A DNA stretch of 64,000 nucleotides from Octopus sinensis (GCF_006345805.1 NC_042999.1:73842001-73906000); one strand, 5' to 3'. Positions 25,348-38,991 are shown, numbered from the stretch's first letter. Made by a program: numbers and translations. The notes: a model not told the origin generated them from the letters alone.

Positions 25348-26916
25348 TCATTTGTTGCAGTTATCTTCATCACTACTGCCTGAAATATCACTTTCACCAT
25401 CACTGACGCTATCTTTGGATTCTTCATCATCTTCAATGGCTCTAATATGCTCGTAAAGCTTGTTCAGATGTGAATTAGCCTTGTTAATGCATCCTTGGAT
25501 TGTTTTGCGCTCCAGATTCTGAAATGATGCATACAGTCATGCCAGCACCTGCTTGATGATGGTGTTCATGGTGTACTATATTCCCACTTCATCCTTGACA
25601 ACGACCCATATGAGCTCGATCAGCTGCAAATTGGAATGATGCAGTGGAGAAAAGATGACCTCATGACCTCTTTCTCTTGCCATGGAACAAACGACTGGAA
25701 AGATGTGTAGTTTGTTGTACTCCCTCAGCTTTTCCCAAAGCACACACTTCAGGTCTGCTTTGAATGGAATCTCTCGTTCTTGACATGGCACCTGCATTTG
25801 AGCCTTTTTCCACCATCCTTCTGGTGTTGATTCAGGGAGATTAGAGTGATGTTTGGCATTGTTCATCACAATGATAGCATTTCTAATCCCCCAGTCATCA
25901 AGAGCTTTGAAGTGCTTCTCTATCCACTCAACAAAATACTTGTGGTTGAACATCCCATGGTAGTCTTTTGTTTGCTTTCCTCCTACAAAGACATGCAGAG
26001 TGTCCACCATTAAGTGAGCCATTTGATTTTCATTTTGAGCTTCTTCTGGCACAGTGGAGTCAGCATCAATAATGGCTATGATGAAACAGTATTGTTTCTT
26101 TTGTGTTGTGTTTTCACTTGTTGGTCCTGCTCATCATTCAGATTATACAAACTATCATCTTATTGAGCATAATTCTTGTAAATATGGCTCTCATCCATGT
26201 ACATAATTTGTCGCTTCTTTGCTGCATTGAGAGAAACTGATCTGACTGTATAGAGACCTTGCTTATGAATGTTCTTGACTCGGAGCTTGTAGCACATTAT
26301 TCCTTTCTTCTTTCCATGATGGTAGTTGTTTCACTTCAGTAATCTTAGCACAGATCTCAGAGATGCTTGGACTTGCTTTAGTTGATCACAGTTAATAGCA
26401 ATAAAACTATTTTTGATACAACAGTCCACCACATCCTAAGCAACAGTCTTAGTGTGAATTGTCCAACGATCTCTGACAAATTTCTGGATTACGGAAGTCA
26501 AATGATGAAGATCAAGAACTACCGAAGTCTATGGATTTTGATTTCCAGTCATCTTCTGCTCAGAAATTTCTTCAGTCTTAACAAATTTGGTCTACATTTC
26601 ATTGCAGAGCTTATTACTTCAATCAAGGACATTTGCAGTATGGTTTGTGGCATCTACATTCTTCTTTTTTCGATCAGGTTTCTTATTACTGAGCAGCACA
26701 TGTTCATGACAAAATTTGGCTTGCACAGAGAGAATATCCAACTTCTCCTCTTTGGTAAGGTTCCTAGGTCAATTTTTTTTCACAAAACTCTCCACAGATT
26801 TGAGAAATTCATTATCTACAACCTTTATGCATCTTCTTGACATTTCCCTGTCTTTTGTTTCTTCTTGGCTCCAAAATGTGATCTTCAACTTGACCCTTTT
26901 CTTCATTTCTTTCCAT
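25348..26916 (-). pseudogene. IS630/Tc1/mariner-group transposase relic with long second-D-to-E spacing (Sailor/DD82E-like)
   Basis: YMDESHI (first D at 26193-95), QYCFIIAI, KDYHGMFN, IIVM(N)NAKHH ... LIELIW with 81 residues between the second acidic position and E; acidic tail ends at TGA 25348; putative ATG at 26916; stops and frameshifts present; TIRs not located. Confidence 0.75.
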
Positions 26917-27263
26917 AACTTTTGATCTGGAGGGGAGAGAAAAATAATGGTGCAAAATAGGTTTCAATCATTATTTTTTTTTTACACAGAAATCAATTTT
27001 TTTCAATTGCATGGCACTTCACCTGTTAGCATTTTTAAATGCAAAATTTTGTTGTCCCTTGATATCTCAGGTTGATATTTGGGTGCTTGTATAAATTAAA
27101 GCAAAGCCAAGACAAAAATAACAACAACAACAAAATAGTTTTTGGATTTATATTCTTTCATATAAAATGGAAAATAAGAACTGAGCATAATATAAGAACA
27201 GCATTAAAAAATACAGATATATACATACATACATAATTCCTGATGTGAACTTGTATGTTGAAA

Positions 27264-27296
<33 letters not shown>

Positions 27297-27780
27297 TTAG
27301 CGTCCGCTTTCCATGCTAGCATGGGTTGGACGGTTCAACTGGGGTCTGTGAAGCCAGAAGGCTGCATCAGGCCCAGTCTGATCTGGCAGTGTTTCTACAG
27401 CTGGATGCCCTTCCTAACGCCAACCACTCCATGAGTGTAGTGGGTGCTTTTTACGTTCCACCCGCACAGGTGCCAGATGGAGCTGGCAAACGGCCACGGA
27501 CGGATGGTGCTTTTTACGTGCCACCAGCACGGGGGCCAGGCGAGGCTGGCAACAGCCACGAACGGATGTTGCTTTTTACGTGCCACCGGGGGCCAGTTGG
27601 GGCAGCACTGGCAACGGCCACGATCGGATGGTTCGCTTACTTGTCACCGGCACTGGTATCAGAGCTGCAATTTCCATTGATGTTGATCGACTTCGATTTT
27701 CGTTCTGCTTTCTGATATCTGATTTGATTTGGTTTGATTTTGATTTTGATTTTCACTTGCCTCAACGGGTCTTCACAAGT
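27264..27780 (-). mobile_element. RTE-type 3' UTR element
   Basis: (cat)n, near-identical in reverse to the 3' part of 11241-11686; also carries the tttgattt / cacttgcctcaac segment seen in the 7-9 kb array. Confidence 0.8.
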
Positions 27781-29619
27781 GGACATACATATAATTTTTG
27801 TATTTGAGAATGGTATATGACAATGATTTTTAACTTTGGTACTAGGACACTTAATTTGTAAAGCAAGTTGATTTTGGATACAGGCAAAGTTTATGCTGAT
27901 AGAATTTTGACTCAGGACATAAAGAAACACATTTAAATGTCACAAAACCTTTAATCTGACTGTTATCATTTTATCAATGCATCAACCTCAAAGAATATAA
28001 AGACATAAGACTGGTTTCAGTATATGTTAGGATTTTTGAACACTTTTCATTCCATAGGGAATCCAGTTGTTGTTGCTTCTGTCCTGGCTGGGAAAACTTA
28101 TAGTCAAAGCTATTCCAGCTATGACTACCTCACGTTTATTTTTTTGGTATCTCAGGAGAGTTGTTATAAAATAATAATAATGAACCTACTGTATACAATG
28201 TTCAGGCACATTACAAATCATCAAAAAATGTAAGCAAAATTGCATCAACAGTACATAGAATATGCATAGAATGTGACAGTAAATAAGTTGTTAGCCCCCT
28301 CCCCACAAAAACGGGGGTAGGGGACATCTGGTGTACTGTTGGTGAATTTCAGGAAGCATGGAAGTTTTGAAAGATGCAGTGTCTCAACAGCTAACAACTG
28401 ATGCAGATAGTTTACTTCACGCTTCCGCAATTCTGAGCATGAAAATATGTTTCTGAAAGTCATGGCTGCTGTGTTGTTTTTCAATTTTGTAACCATGTCC
28501 ACATGTGTTAGACATATGAAATTCAAAAAAGTGCCCAAGGTAGTAGTTGGAAAGCTGGTGGACAATCTTGTGGGTGTCTACCAAGTTAGTTGTTAGATGT
28601 TGGAACTTCCCAAGCCAAAGGAAATGAGACATTCAGAGTATGGTAGATACCTGACATTAGGTATTCATCTGGTTGCACATTTCTCAACACTTTCCAAGAG
28701 ATTGATATGCTGAGCAAGATAGAGCTTCTAGACTGATGATGTAAATTCTAAGTGTGGATGTACCATAGCCATATACAGCTTTAAATAGATAGCTGGAGAG
28801 TGGCAAACAAAGGTCATACTGAGTGATGCTAAGACACCCTCAGTTTTCTTGACAATTTTAGAGATGTGGTTTCTTCAACACAAATCACTGTTGGCAATAA
28901 TACCTAAGTCATGTTCATTAACAGATTTCTTAAGATTGGTGTTGTTGAGGAAGTATGTAAAAACTGGGTCTTTTCTTCCCAAAATGCATGGTGATGCATT
29001 TGTCCACAAACAGCTTATGTTAATAATAAAGTCCTTTCTATTCCAGGCCTACTTCAGGTCTATCTGTTAAACCTAGTTAACTTGGTTAAGTGTTAAAAAA
29101 TTGACTAATAATAATAATAATAAAAGAAGTGGAAGAGAACCACAGTGTGTCTTAATTATTGATATAATGACCCTTTTGAGATACAACAAAATATGTTTCA
29201 ATGTACATGTTCACATCAAGAATCTTCCAAACTAAATTTTAAAATTCTTCCTTTTTCAGCAATAGTGTAGCTTGAACAGGTTGAATGATCACGTAAAGTC
29301 TGGAATGGCACTACACAACAGTTGTTATTGGTGGAAGTGAATTTAGTGAAATAATTATAACAAGGATAAAGCAAAAGACAATAATTTCTAGTAATTATCA
29401 CCAGGATTGGAAGCAAATTGTTCAGATGCAAAAGGAATTCTCCATTAAAAATATGTAGGAAATATTATGTAACATGGTAGTGTGATATGAACACTGAATA
29501 CAGAAAAATTGTGAATTATGGAGAATTTGTTAAGAAAGATGTGAGAAGGATACAGAGGAGTTTAAGTGGAGAATGATCTGCGGATGGCAGCTAGCCATAA
29601 AAGGTACAGTTAGGTAGAC

Positions 29620-30154
29620 ATACACATGTGTGTATGCATGTGTGTGTGTGTGTGTCTGTCTATCTATCTATCTACATATACAGACATACACATATATCTT
29701 TACTTATGTGTGTGTGTGTGTGTGTGCATGTATGTATGTATTTATGTGTGTATATGTATTTATATATCTGTATGCACACACACACAAACACACACACACA
29801 CGTAATCACTTTCAGTAGCTTACACTTGTTTTTATAATAAAATGCATGGACTTAGAGCTGAATGCTCATGTGAAATATTTATGCCTAATCTACATATTTA
29901 CAATATGTATATGGTATTTCTTATAATTGTGCGTGATGTGCTTTGAGAATCATTATTACAAAAAGGAAATATGTACGTATATATATATGTGTGTGTATGT
30001 ATATATTAGCACATAAACATATATATATATTTACATCCATACACGCACACATATGTATGTATGTACACATCTATCTATCTGTTTGTCTGTCTGTCTATCT
30101 AAATAAAAATACACACAAACACTCACATACGTGCACGCACACACGTGTGTGTGT

Positions 30155-30213
<59 letters not shown>

Positions 30214-30409
30214 ATGCTATATAGTTATTTATTTGCGAAGGCATGTGACTGAGTGATTAAGATATTCAGCTACTTTAAGGGTACACGTGTCTGTGGGGTG
30301 CTCAGTCACTTGCACTTTAATTTCACAAGCAGGCAGTTCCATTGACTGGATCAGTTGGAACCCTTGTTGTTGTAATTGCCAGTTTTTACATATATATGCA
30401 TAGATTTAA

Positions 30410-30445
<36 letters not shown>

Positions 30446-30902
30446 TCATACACACATATACATATATGGATATGTGTGTGTGTATACATGCACACACACA
30501 CATATATATGTGTTTACACACACATGTAGATGAATATATATACATGTAAATATGTATATGAAAATATATTTATGTATGTATAAATTTATATGAAAATGTA
30601 TATATGTATAATTATATATAAATATAAATGTATATTTATGTATTTATATGTGTATAGCATGTACATACACACACACACACATGTATATAGGTATGTATAC
30701 ATTTGCAAATGCATATATATGTATATAAAAGCATATATATATTCTTTTATTTTATTGTTTTCTATATTTCAGTTATGCAGCTGCTGTCATGAACTACATT
30801 GACTATGTATTGCATACAATTATGCATACATATATATAAACATATGTATATATGTATATATGTACATATATGTATGTATAAATATGTATATGTATGATGT
30901 AT

Positions 30903-30939
<37 letters not shown>

Positions 30940-31363
30940 ATGTGTGTATGTATATGTATATCTTTTAAGTTTGTTTATGGGAAACATTTTGAATATGCAA
31001 ATAAAGCTCCTATTCTATTATGCTGGCCACAGTGTAATGGTGCTGACTGGTGAACCAGTTTTGGGGGTGGCATTGAGCTGTACCAATATAATGTAGAATA
31101 AATATAGTAATAATAACAATAATCCTTCAATAGAATTTATAAAAATTTAATGCATCCCTGTGCACGTTTCCAGAAATCATATGTCTCTTAAGATCACAGT
31201 CTGTATTCCTGGGATGATTACAGTGTAGTTTGTAGTATTGGTGGACACCAGCTAGATCATCTTCATGGATTCATTTCATGCGTAGCGATGTATTAAATGT
31301 TTATAAATTAAATTCCAGCCAAGGATTATTGTTATTATTACTATGTTTGGTATATATATATAT

Positions 31364-31395
<32 letters not shown>

Positions 31396-32014
31396 TATAT
31401 ACGTATATGCATATGTATGATTGTATGTATATATATATATATATATATATATAACGGGAAGCTTTATGAAAATAAACAAAAGATAAAGGCAGGTGGAATA
31501 CAAACAAACAATTGTATTAGTATGGCGCTCAGGAATATAAATAAAACAAGTCTTTTACGTTTTGAGCCTACGCTCATGCATATATATTTATATATATATA
31601 TATATAGGCGCAGGAGTGGCTGTGTGGTAAGTAGCTTGCTAACCAACCACATGGTCCCGGGTTCAGTCCCACTGCGTGGCATCTTGGGCAAGTGTCTTCT
31701 GCTATAGCCCCGGGCCGACCAATGCCTTGTGAGTGGATTTGGTAGACGGAAACTGAAAGAAGCCTGTCGTATATATGTATATATATATATATGTATGTGT
31801 GTGTGTCTGTGTTTGTTCCCCTAGCATTGCTTGACAACCGATGCTGGTGTGTTTACGTCCCCGTCACTTAGCGGTTCGGCAAAAAGAGACTGATAGAATA
31901 AGTACTGGGCTTACAAAAAGAATAAGTCCCGGGGTCGAGTTGCTCGACTAAAGGCGGTGCTCCAGCATGGCCGCAGTCAAAAGACTGAAACAAGTAAAAG
32001 AGTAAGAGTAAAGA

Positions 32015-32071
<57 letters not shown>

Positions 32072-32559
32072 TATATATATATATGCATATATATATGTAT
32101 GTAATATATATGTATGTATATATATATATATATACATATATATACATACATACGTATATATATATAAATGTATATGAATTTGTATATGTATGTATATATT
32201 TATATGAATATAGATAGGCATATATATATATGTGTGTGTGCATAAATGTATATTTAAGTATATGTATACATATGTATATATATGTTTGTATATATATATG
32301 TATATATATACAAGAATATAAGTATGTAAGTATATATGTATATATACAGTATGTCTATAAAGTCACGGTGGGATTTCAAAACTATCTATCGATGTAAGTT
32401 GCAAAGTTTCATATACATTCTGAATAAGTGATCAAGTATTAAAGTTTATGTACAGTTTAGTGCAGTTCAGTGTGGTTTGCCTGAGATGGGTAGTGTCCTG
32501 TCTATTTTCCAGATTTATGTTTTCTACAAACTATATATATATGTATGTATTTATACATA

Positions 32560-32592
<33 letters not shown>

Positions 32593-32620
32593 TAACACAC
32601 ACACACAAATAATAATAATA
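29620..32620. repeat. Dense field of imperfect (AT)n/(CA)n/(TACA)n microsatellites with embedded SINEs
   Basis: Direct inspection; all ORFs here are low-complexity YIYI/THTH translations. Confidence 0.9.
31607..32016 (+). mobile_element. SINE family A, intact copy (tRNA-derived head, CORE-like segment, central microsatellite, (AAAAGAGT)-like tail)
   Basis: A box tggctgtgtgg 31617-27, B box ggttcagtccc 31660-70, tcttgggcaagtg, tail gtaaaagagtaagagtaaaagag. Confidence 0.9.
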
Positions 32621-33872
32621 ATAATAATAAAAACAAAATTGCATAAACACATGTAACAGTTTTTAAAAATATTAACATATGCATGTGCACATAACTAAAT
32701 GAATATTAATGTTAATAAACTGAATCGGTCAATGATCAAACACTCCATTGAAATGTGATTCCTTCTTTATCAATTTTTAACCCTGATAAAATACTCAATT
32801 TACTACATTCAAATGCATCTTAGAGATTATTTGAATTATAGGTATGGAAACAATTGCAGGTTGTAAGGAATTGAGATTATTCGGAATTGTGTGTGTGTAA
32901 AAACATATTTACTAACAGAAAAGCGTGCTATTAAAATAAATCATGTTTTACATAAATCATCTTTTTTTTAAATCACTCTGTCACGCTAATGAAATTCCTG
33001 ATGCACATGCATACACACATACTGACAAACGCACACTCAGCATGAGTGATATACTTTTATAGAGAGTGAGAAACTTTACCATGAGAAAATGAAAGAGATA
33101 GACAAATAGAGAAAGAGAGAGAGAGATCTTTTCTGTTGCTGTTATTTATTTTGAAATTTTAAAGTGAACTGAAAATTTTCAAATTTGGTATATTGATATA
33201 TTTTTTCACTCTGAATCCAATTTTGTGATTCATTTATTCCAGAAAAAGTTTAGAAAACTGTTACAGAGGCTTAAACTTTGGACATTTTTACCCAATCAGA
33301 AAACAGGATTTGTACATGATAGCTGTCATATATTAAAAATAAACATTAGAATACAAGGTTTTAAACAAAATGAAAGTAATGCATGAGCGTTAACACATAT
33401 ACAGAGAGAGAAAGAGAGAGAGTGTGACAAAGTGTGTGATAACTAATAGAGAGTAATAGAGTGATGGTAGCATAATAAAGAGTGTGAGATTTGTAGATAT
33501 AAAACTGGAGTTATTTTTCATAGCAAATTATATTTTTTTAAAGTTATTTACGGACAACATTCTCTTTAGGATGTAGATTTCGAAAAACGAAATTGTTTTT
33601 CTCAAGGAGAACTGTTTCAGAATTTTTCAAGGCTAAACTGACATACATAACCACATACTTGCATTTACATAGTAGAAGATATATATGTAGATAGGTGAGG
33701 TAAAATCCCAGCTGTTTCCTCTTGAAGCACATCTGCTTATTCCATTATTATGATATAATAAGAAGTTGGTGTCGTTGCAACATATTAAAATTGAAAAATT
33801 CTGGAAATATTGTTTGCATAGTTATTGTATAACAAAACAAGAAGTTGGAAAATTTATTGAAATTATTATTCC

Positions 33873-33957
<85 letters not shown>

Positions 33958-34605
33958 CATACATACATATTATATATATGTATGTATACACACACACACA
34001 TACACATATGTATACATATGTGTGTGTGTGTGTGATGGATGTGGGTGCTTGTTCGTGTATGTGTATTTTGCTTATTTGTGTATGGTTAAGGAATTAATAA
34101 TCAGTATCCAATTGAACAATACTAAGGTAAGCTGCCTTCTGATTTTGTGTATAATTTACCTTAGAGTTGTGTGGTGATTTTGCAATTCCAATTTGGTCAT
34201 TTGTGCTGATATGATGTATAACAGAATGTGAGAGGGTATCCTCAGCATATTTTTCTGAATGTAGTAGGACAATGATGTTGCCTCTGCAAAGAAAATAAAT
34301 ATATTAAAAAAATTTTGAAACAACTTAAACTGTTCATATCTAAAAATGGTTTCTGATATGATTAAGTATGATTGCCATAGAAAGGTACTAACATCATGAC
34401 AAAATAAACATGTGATACAGGATCTACGAAGATGGATAAAAAGTTTATAAGCTGACAATGAAAGATTGATGCTAGTGATGTGAAATCTTGAAAGCATTTA
34501 TTCATTCTCTTCTTATTAATCATTGTATTGTTTCTTGCCAGATAAACTAACATCTGACTGTTCATAGGGCATTTCAAAAGTAACTAGTAGTGATGTCTCT
34601 AGAAA

Positions 34606-35460
34606 ATGGACAAAATCTGGCATCATAATGGGTTTAGTCCCCAGGGGATGATGCTCCAGTTTTATCAACAGTGTAAAAGTAGACATCTGAATTTAGAAGG
34701 GAAGGGAGAGTGTTGAAGAAGACCTGAAGTCTAGACATCCTGCAACTGCCACCACCAAGAAAAACATTGATTGTATTCACCACATGGTGATGGATGACAG
34801 GTGATTGACTATAAATCCAATAGCCAATGATATTAAAATATCTTGTGAGAGAGTTGAGAATACTCTGCACAATAAACTTGGCATCACAAAATTTTCTGCT
34901 TGGGGTGTCATATTTTCAAACATCTGATCAAAAGTGCACTAGGCTGATCCCATCACGGAAAAATCTGACATTGTTTCAGACAGATCCATCTGGTTTCCTT
35001 GAACATTTCCTGACCCTGGATGAGTGTTGGCTTCACCACTTTAAACCAGAGATAAAGGGACAATCCATGCAGTGTAAACACCCCTCCTTGCCTGCTGTTA
35101 AGAAGGCCAAGTTTGTTTCATCTGCAGGGAAAATTATGGCCTCAGTTTTTCCAGTTACAAAAGGTATCGTGTTAATTGACTATCTTCAAAAGAGCCACAT
35201 CATCAATGAAGAGTATGTCAATTATTGAGGCAGTTACAAAAGGCTATCAAGACCAAATGTCCAAGAAAACTGACAAAGGAGTCTTGTTTCATCAGGGACA
35301 ATGCTCCAGCACACAAATCCTTGGTTTCAATGGCTGATATGCATGACTGGCTTTGAACTGGTTGACAACTCTCCCTATACTCCTGATTTGGCTCCATCTA
35401 ACTATCATCTGTTCCTCAAGGTAGGAAAACATTCAGATGGGAGCCAGTATCACAGTAATA
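34606..35460 (+). pseudogene. Mariner (DD34D) transposase pseudogene
   Basis: MDKIW start, LDECWLHHFKPE, SAGKIMASVF, DNAPAH (frameshifted), PYTPDLAPSNYHLF. Confidence 0.9.
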
Positions 35461-35719
35461 GTTATTTAAATTTTATAACTATAAAATACCTATTTAAATG
35501 TTGAAGGTATAAGAATTTAAAGAGAAATATTTTGTATTTGAATAGAATTATGAACAAAGTTTACCTGTTTTCCTGTGTGATATAGCTAGACATCAGAATT
35601 TCTTCAGTTCCTGTACTTTTGATGAGTTTTGTTTCATAGCCATAAACTAAGTTTTGGAATCTGCATATTACAGAACATCATGTTAATTTACTAGAATTAT
35701 GGTATGGCTTATCAAAAAA

Positions 35720-36060
35720 ATTAATTAGACAATTCTTTTTTGACAATACTGTGACTGATCTCATTTACTTCAACTTAATGTAACAAGCTGTCTCATCAAG
35801 CATTCAAGATAACTTTGGAAACATGGAGTTTTATTTCCATCAAAATGAGGCACCCAACACTATCACAATAATGTAAAAGCCTACCTTGATGAAATTTTGC
35901 CAAAGATGTGGATTGGATGAAGAAGTTCAGAATACTCTTTATATACACTAGACATTTTTCAAAGGGATAATTAAAAGATGATATTTACAGAATGAAACCA
36001 ACAATGGTTGATGAATAGAAGACAGCCATTGATAGAGAATGTACACAAACACCAAGCAGA
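35720..36060 (+). pseudogene. Second Tc1/mariner-group transposase fragment (maT/DD37D-like)
   Basis: Degenerate FHQNEAP (~FQQDGAP), YLDEILPKMWIG and LDIF..G.LKDDIY motifs. Confidence 0.5.
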
Positions 36061-36393
36061 AAGTATCTTGATGTTTGGGATTCCATTACTTTGCATTATC
36101 AGTAGTTCATTAGTTTGAAATGTTTATTAGTTTGAAATCAGGCTTTCATAGAAAAAATTAAATTCTTTCAATCAAATTTTGAAAATGAATTGTATGTTAA
36201 TAAACACTGACAGTATAGTCACTCAAAATGTGTATACAGTTTTTTGGTCACTCTTTATGTATGTATGTGTGTGTATGTGTGTGTGTGTATATCATGTCTA
36301 TCTATCTATCTCTCTGGTTCTATATTTAAGAAATGAGGAATTATGTACATTATTTACATTTGACGGATATTTGTCCTCATCTTGTTTGTTGTT

Positions 36394-36440
36394 AACACAA
36401 TTTCAGCTGATATACCCTCCAGCCTTCATCAGCAGTTGTG
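36394..36440 (-). ncRNA. Degenerate minimal hammerhead ribozyme (Penelope-type)
   Basis: Minus strand CTGATGA-a-ggctg-gagggtatat-cagct-GAAA-ttgtgtt: CUGAUGA box (36426-32), stem II and GAAA box (36401-04); the stem III/cleavage part appears to lack a CG. Confidence 0.55.
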
Positions 36441-36500
36441 GGGAAATTTTGAACCTGCGATGTCATTCCTAAGGTATTATTATTATTATTATTATTATTA

Positions 36501-36565
36501 AGGTCACTGCCTGGAATCGAACTTGGAATCTTGGGGTTAGTAGCCTGCGCTCTTAACCACTATGC
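36501..36565 (-). other. tRNA-like segment followed by (TAA)n
   Basis: gcatagtggttaagagcgcaggctactaaccccaagattccaagttcgattccaggcagtgacc has A- and B-box-like motifs but no clean acceptor stem. Confidence 0.5.
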
Positions 36566-36599
36566 TCGTGGGCAATTATGGAGTGAATTTTAGGGCTTA

Positions 36600-37195
36600 T
36601 AAATCTAATATTCTCCTATCCTTCCTTAATACCAGTTCCCATATGCTGTTCATATCTGCATTCGATCTGCTTAGGAGGTTGATGTGTCCTAGCATATGTG
36701 CTGCTTCTTTTAGTTTTCATATTTTCCAGTGGAGTTCTCTGTCTATTATCTTAACTTCATCCCACAGGGGGAGGTGGTCTCCATTTTTCCATACCCGATT
36801 TATCAATATCTCCCCGTGTCACAGCTTTGTGATGTTCCTCTACCCTTATTTTGAGTTGGCGGCATGTTTTGCCTTTGTATAACTTACCACAGCTGCATGG
36901 GATGGAGTACACACACTTCTTGGTCATATTCTCTTCTATTGGTGGTTTTACTCAAAGGAGATATTTGCAAAGTGTTGTATTACTTTTGAATACTGTCCTG
37001 ATGTCATATGGGCCACATATCTTTTGTATCTTTTCGGAGAGGCCTTTCTCATAGGGTAGACAGTCTGTGGACCGTTTATCGGTTTCATCCTCCCTTTTCA
37101 TCATAACTGGAGTGGAGAGTATGCTTTTGAGGTAGTTGTTACTTAATAGATTGTTACTGAGCTTGATTATTTTTTTGTGGTGGGTATCAAGATCG
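36600..37195 (-). pseudogene. Penelope-like element GIY-YIG endonuclease fragment
   Basis: LPYEKGLSEKIQKIC...CVYSIPCSCGKLYKGKTCRQLKIRVEEH. Confidence 0.85.
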
Positions 37196-37199
37196 CTAC

Positions 37200-37855
37200 T
37201 TATATTCATTGCTCGATGTTTTAGGCACTGAGCAATCCCTCTCTTTACACTGTATGGATGGCGGGAGTTGAAGTTGAGGTATAGTCCAGGATGTTACAGT
37301 AACTGGTCCTAAGTGCAACAGCATTGTTGGAATCTTTGGCACTGTGCAGTGGTGACCCATTTTGGCATTTGTGTAGCTTTCAATGCCAAAATTTGGCACA
37401 ATCTCTTCCAAGATCTTCCAAATAATCTTCACCCCAGGAAGTAGAGTCTTAGTTGTTTCAGCCTTTCCCAGTAGCTGAGCTGTTACAATGAGACAATCTT
37501 TGTGAAGCTTCGCTGGATTGCTTCATGGTCCGCTGTTAATTTTACACTGTTGGGTGATTATAACCAGGAGCAGTAGTCCAAGTGACTGAGAACAAATGTC
37601 CTCCAGAGGACCATCATGGTTCCCTTCTCTCTAGTTTTGAAGGTTCTCAGGATCTGGCCAGCTAGCCATCTGCACTTTGTCGCTAACTTGGTAATGTGCA
37701 ATTGGAAAGAGGCATCATCACTCATGTCAATATCCAGGTCTTGCAATGATTTAGGTTCTGGGATTGTAATCTCCTGTAGGTCAGTGTACCCTGTAAGTTT
37801 TACATTCAGTTTGGGCACTGGTAGTGCAGGGCTTGGAATTTTACAGTATTAAGCT
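37200..37855 (-). pseudogene. CR1/L2-group LINE ORF2 C-terminal fragment
   Basis: ILRTFKTREKGTMMVLWRTFVLSHLDYCS, IQRSFTK, SYWERLKQL, WKILEEIVPN. Confidence 0.8.
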
Positions 37856-37865
37856 GCATATTATA

Positions 37866-38030
37866 GGCGCAGGAGTGGCTGTGTGGTAAGTAGCTTGCTT
37901 ACCAACCACATGGTTCTGGGTTCAGTTCCACTGCATGGCACCTTGGGCAAGTGCCTTCTACTATAGCCTTGGGCTGACCAAAGCCTTGTGAGTGGATTTG
38001 GTAGATGAAAACTGAAAGAAGCCCGTCGTA

Positions 38031-38075
<45 letters not shown>

Positions 38076-38163
38076 TTGTATGTATGTGTGTGTATATATT
38101 TGTGTGTCTGTGTTTGTCCCCCAACATCGCTTGACAACCGATGCTGGTGTGTTTACATCCCCT
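37866..38163 (+). mobile_element. SINE family A, 3'-truncated copy
   Basis: Near-identical to 31607-31860. Confidence 0.85.
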
Positions 38164-38691
38164 GAAGGTGAGAAAGTCTTTTTCGAGCCTACGCTTTTCA
38201 ACAGAAGGGAACACAAGAAAATAAATAGAGAGATTAAAAAAAGAAAGCTTTAATAGCTAGCGGTCAATCATGGCGATGGCTGGACAGAGGTGGTCAAACA
38301 GGAGAGTTAGGAAGAAGGGGCGATAATAAAGTGGTGGTGATCCCAAAATGAAGGTGCACATGTGTGTTTGTGTGTGAGAGCATGTGTGTGCATATGGTTA
38401 GGGACTGGTGACCTTGACATGTGGGTGTGTGCATGATGGTATGGGTGGTGGCATATAAATATAAAAATGGGACAAAAACGCAATAGAGGAAAATAAAACA
38501 TTTGGACAGATAGACGATAGAAAGGTGGACAAGTGGAACAACAATTAGAAGGACAGGCAAAAAAAGATGGGTCTCACACACACACACACACTTATATATA
38601 TATACGCAATATATATATATATATATTATATTATATATATATATATATATATATATCTATATATATATATATATTATATCTATATATGATA

Positions 38692-38748
<57 letters not shown>

Positions 38749-38991
38749 AGATAAGAAAATGGAGAAATACATCTAAATCAAATATCAATTACCAGATAAT
38801 ACTCAATCACATACTTTATTAAACCACCACATAAGAGATTGTAGGGTTAAATATAAAAAGCAGAACAAATCAGTGTACATAAAGGAATGTACATAAAAAG
38901 GTGTACATAAAAGAGTAATGTTGTATAATAAGTAGAATATATATAAAAGAGAATATAAATATAAGTAAATATAAATATAAGTATAGATTAC

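Noticed and set aside
28245-28640. Non-repetitive ORFs that might be host exons
   Set aside because: No recognisable motif and no consistent splice phase; cannot be supported.
29620-34180. Many YIYI/THTH/VCVC ORFs
   Set aside because: They are translations of dinucleotide microsatellites.
36501-36565. Possible true tRNA gene (also the SINE heads at 31607, 42910, 46899 and 60414)
   Set aside because: A/B boxes are present but there is no complete cloverleaf or acceptor stem, and each continues into repeat sequence.
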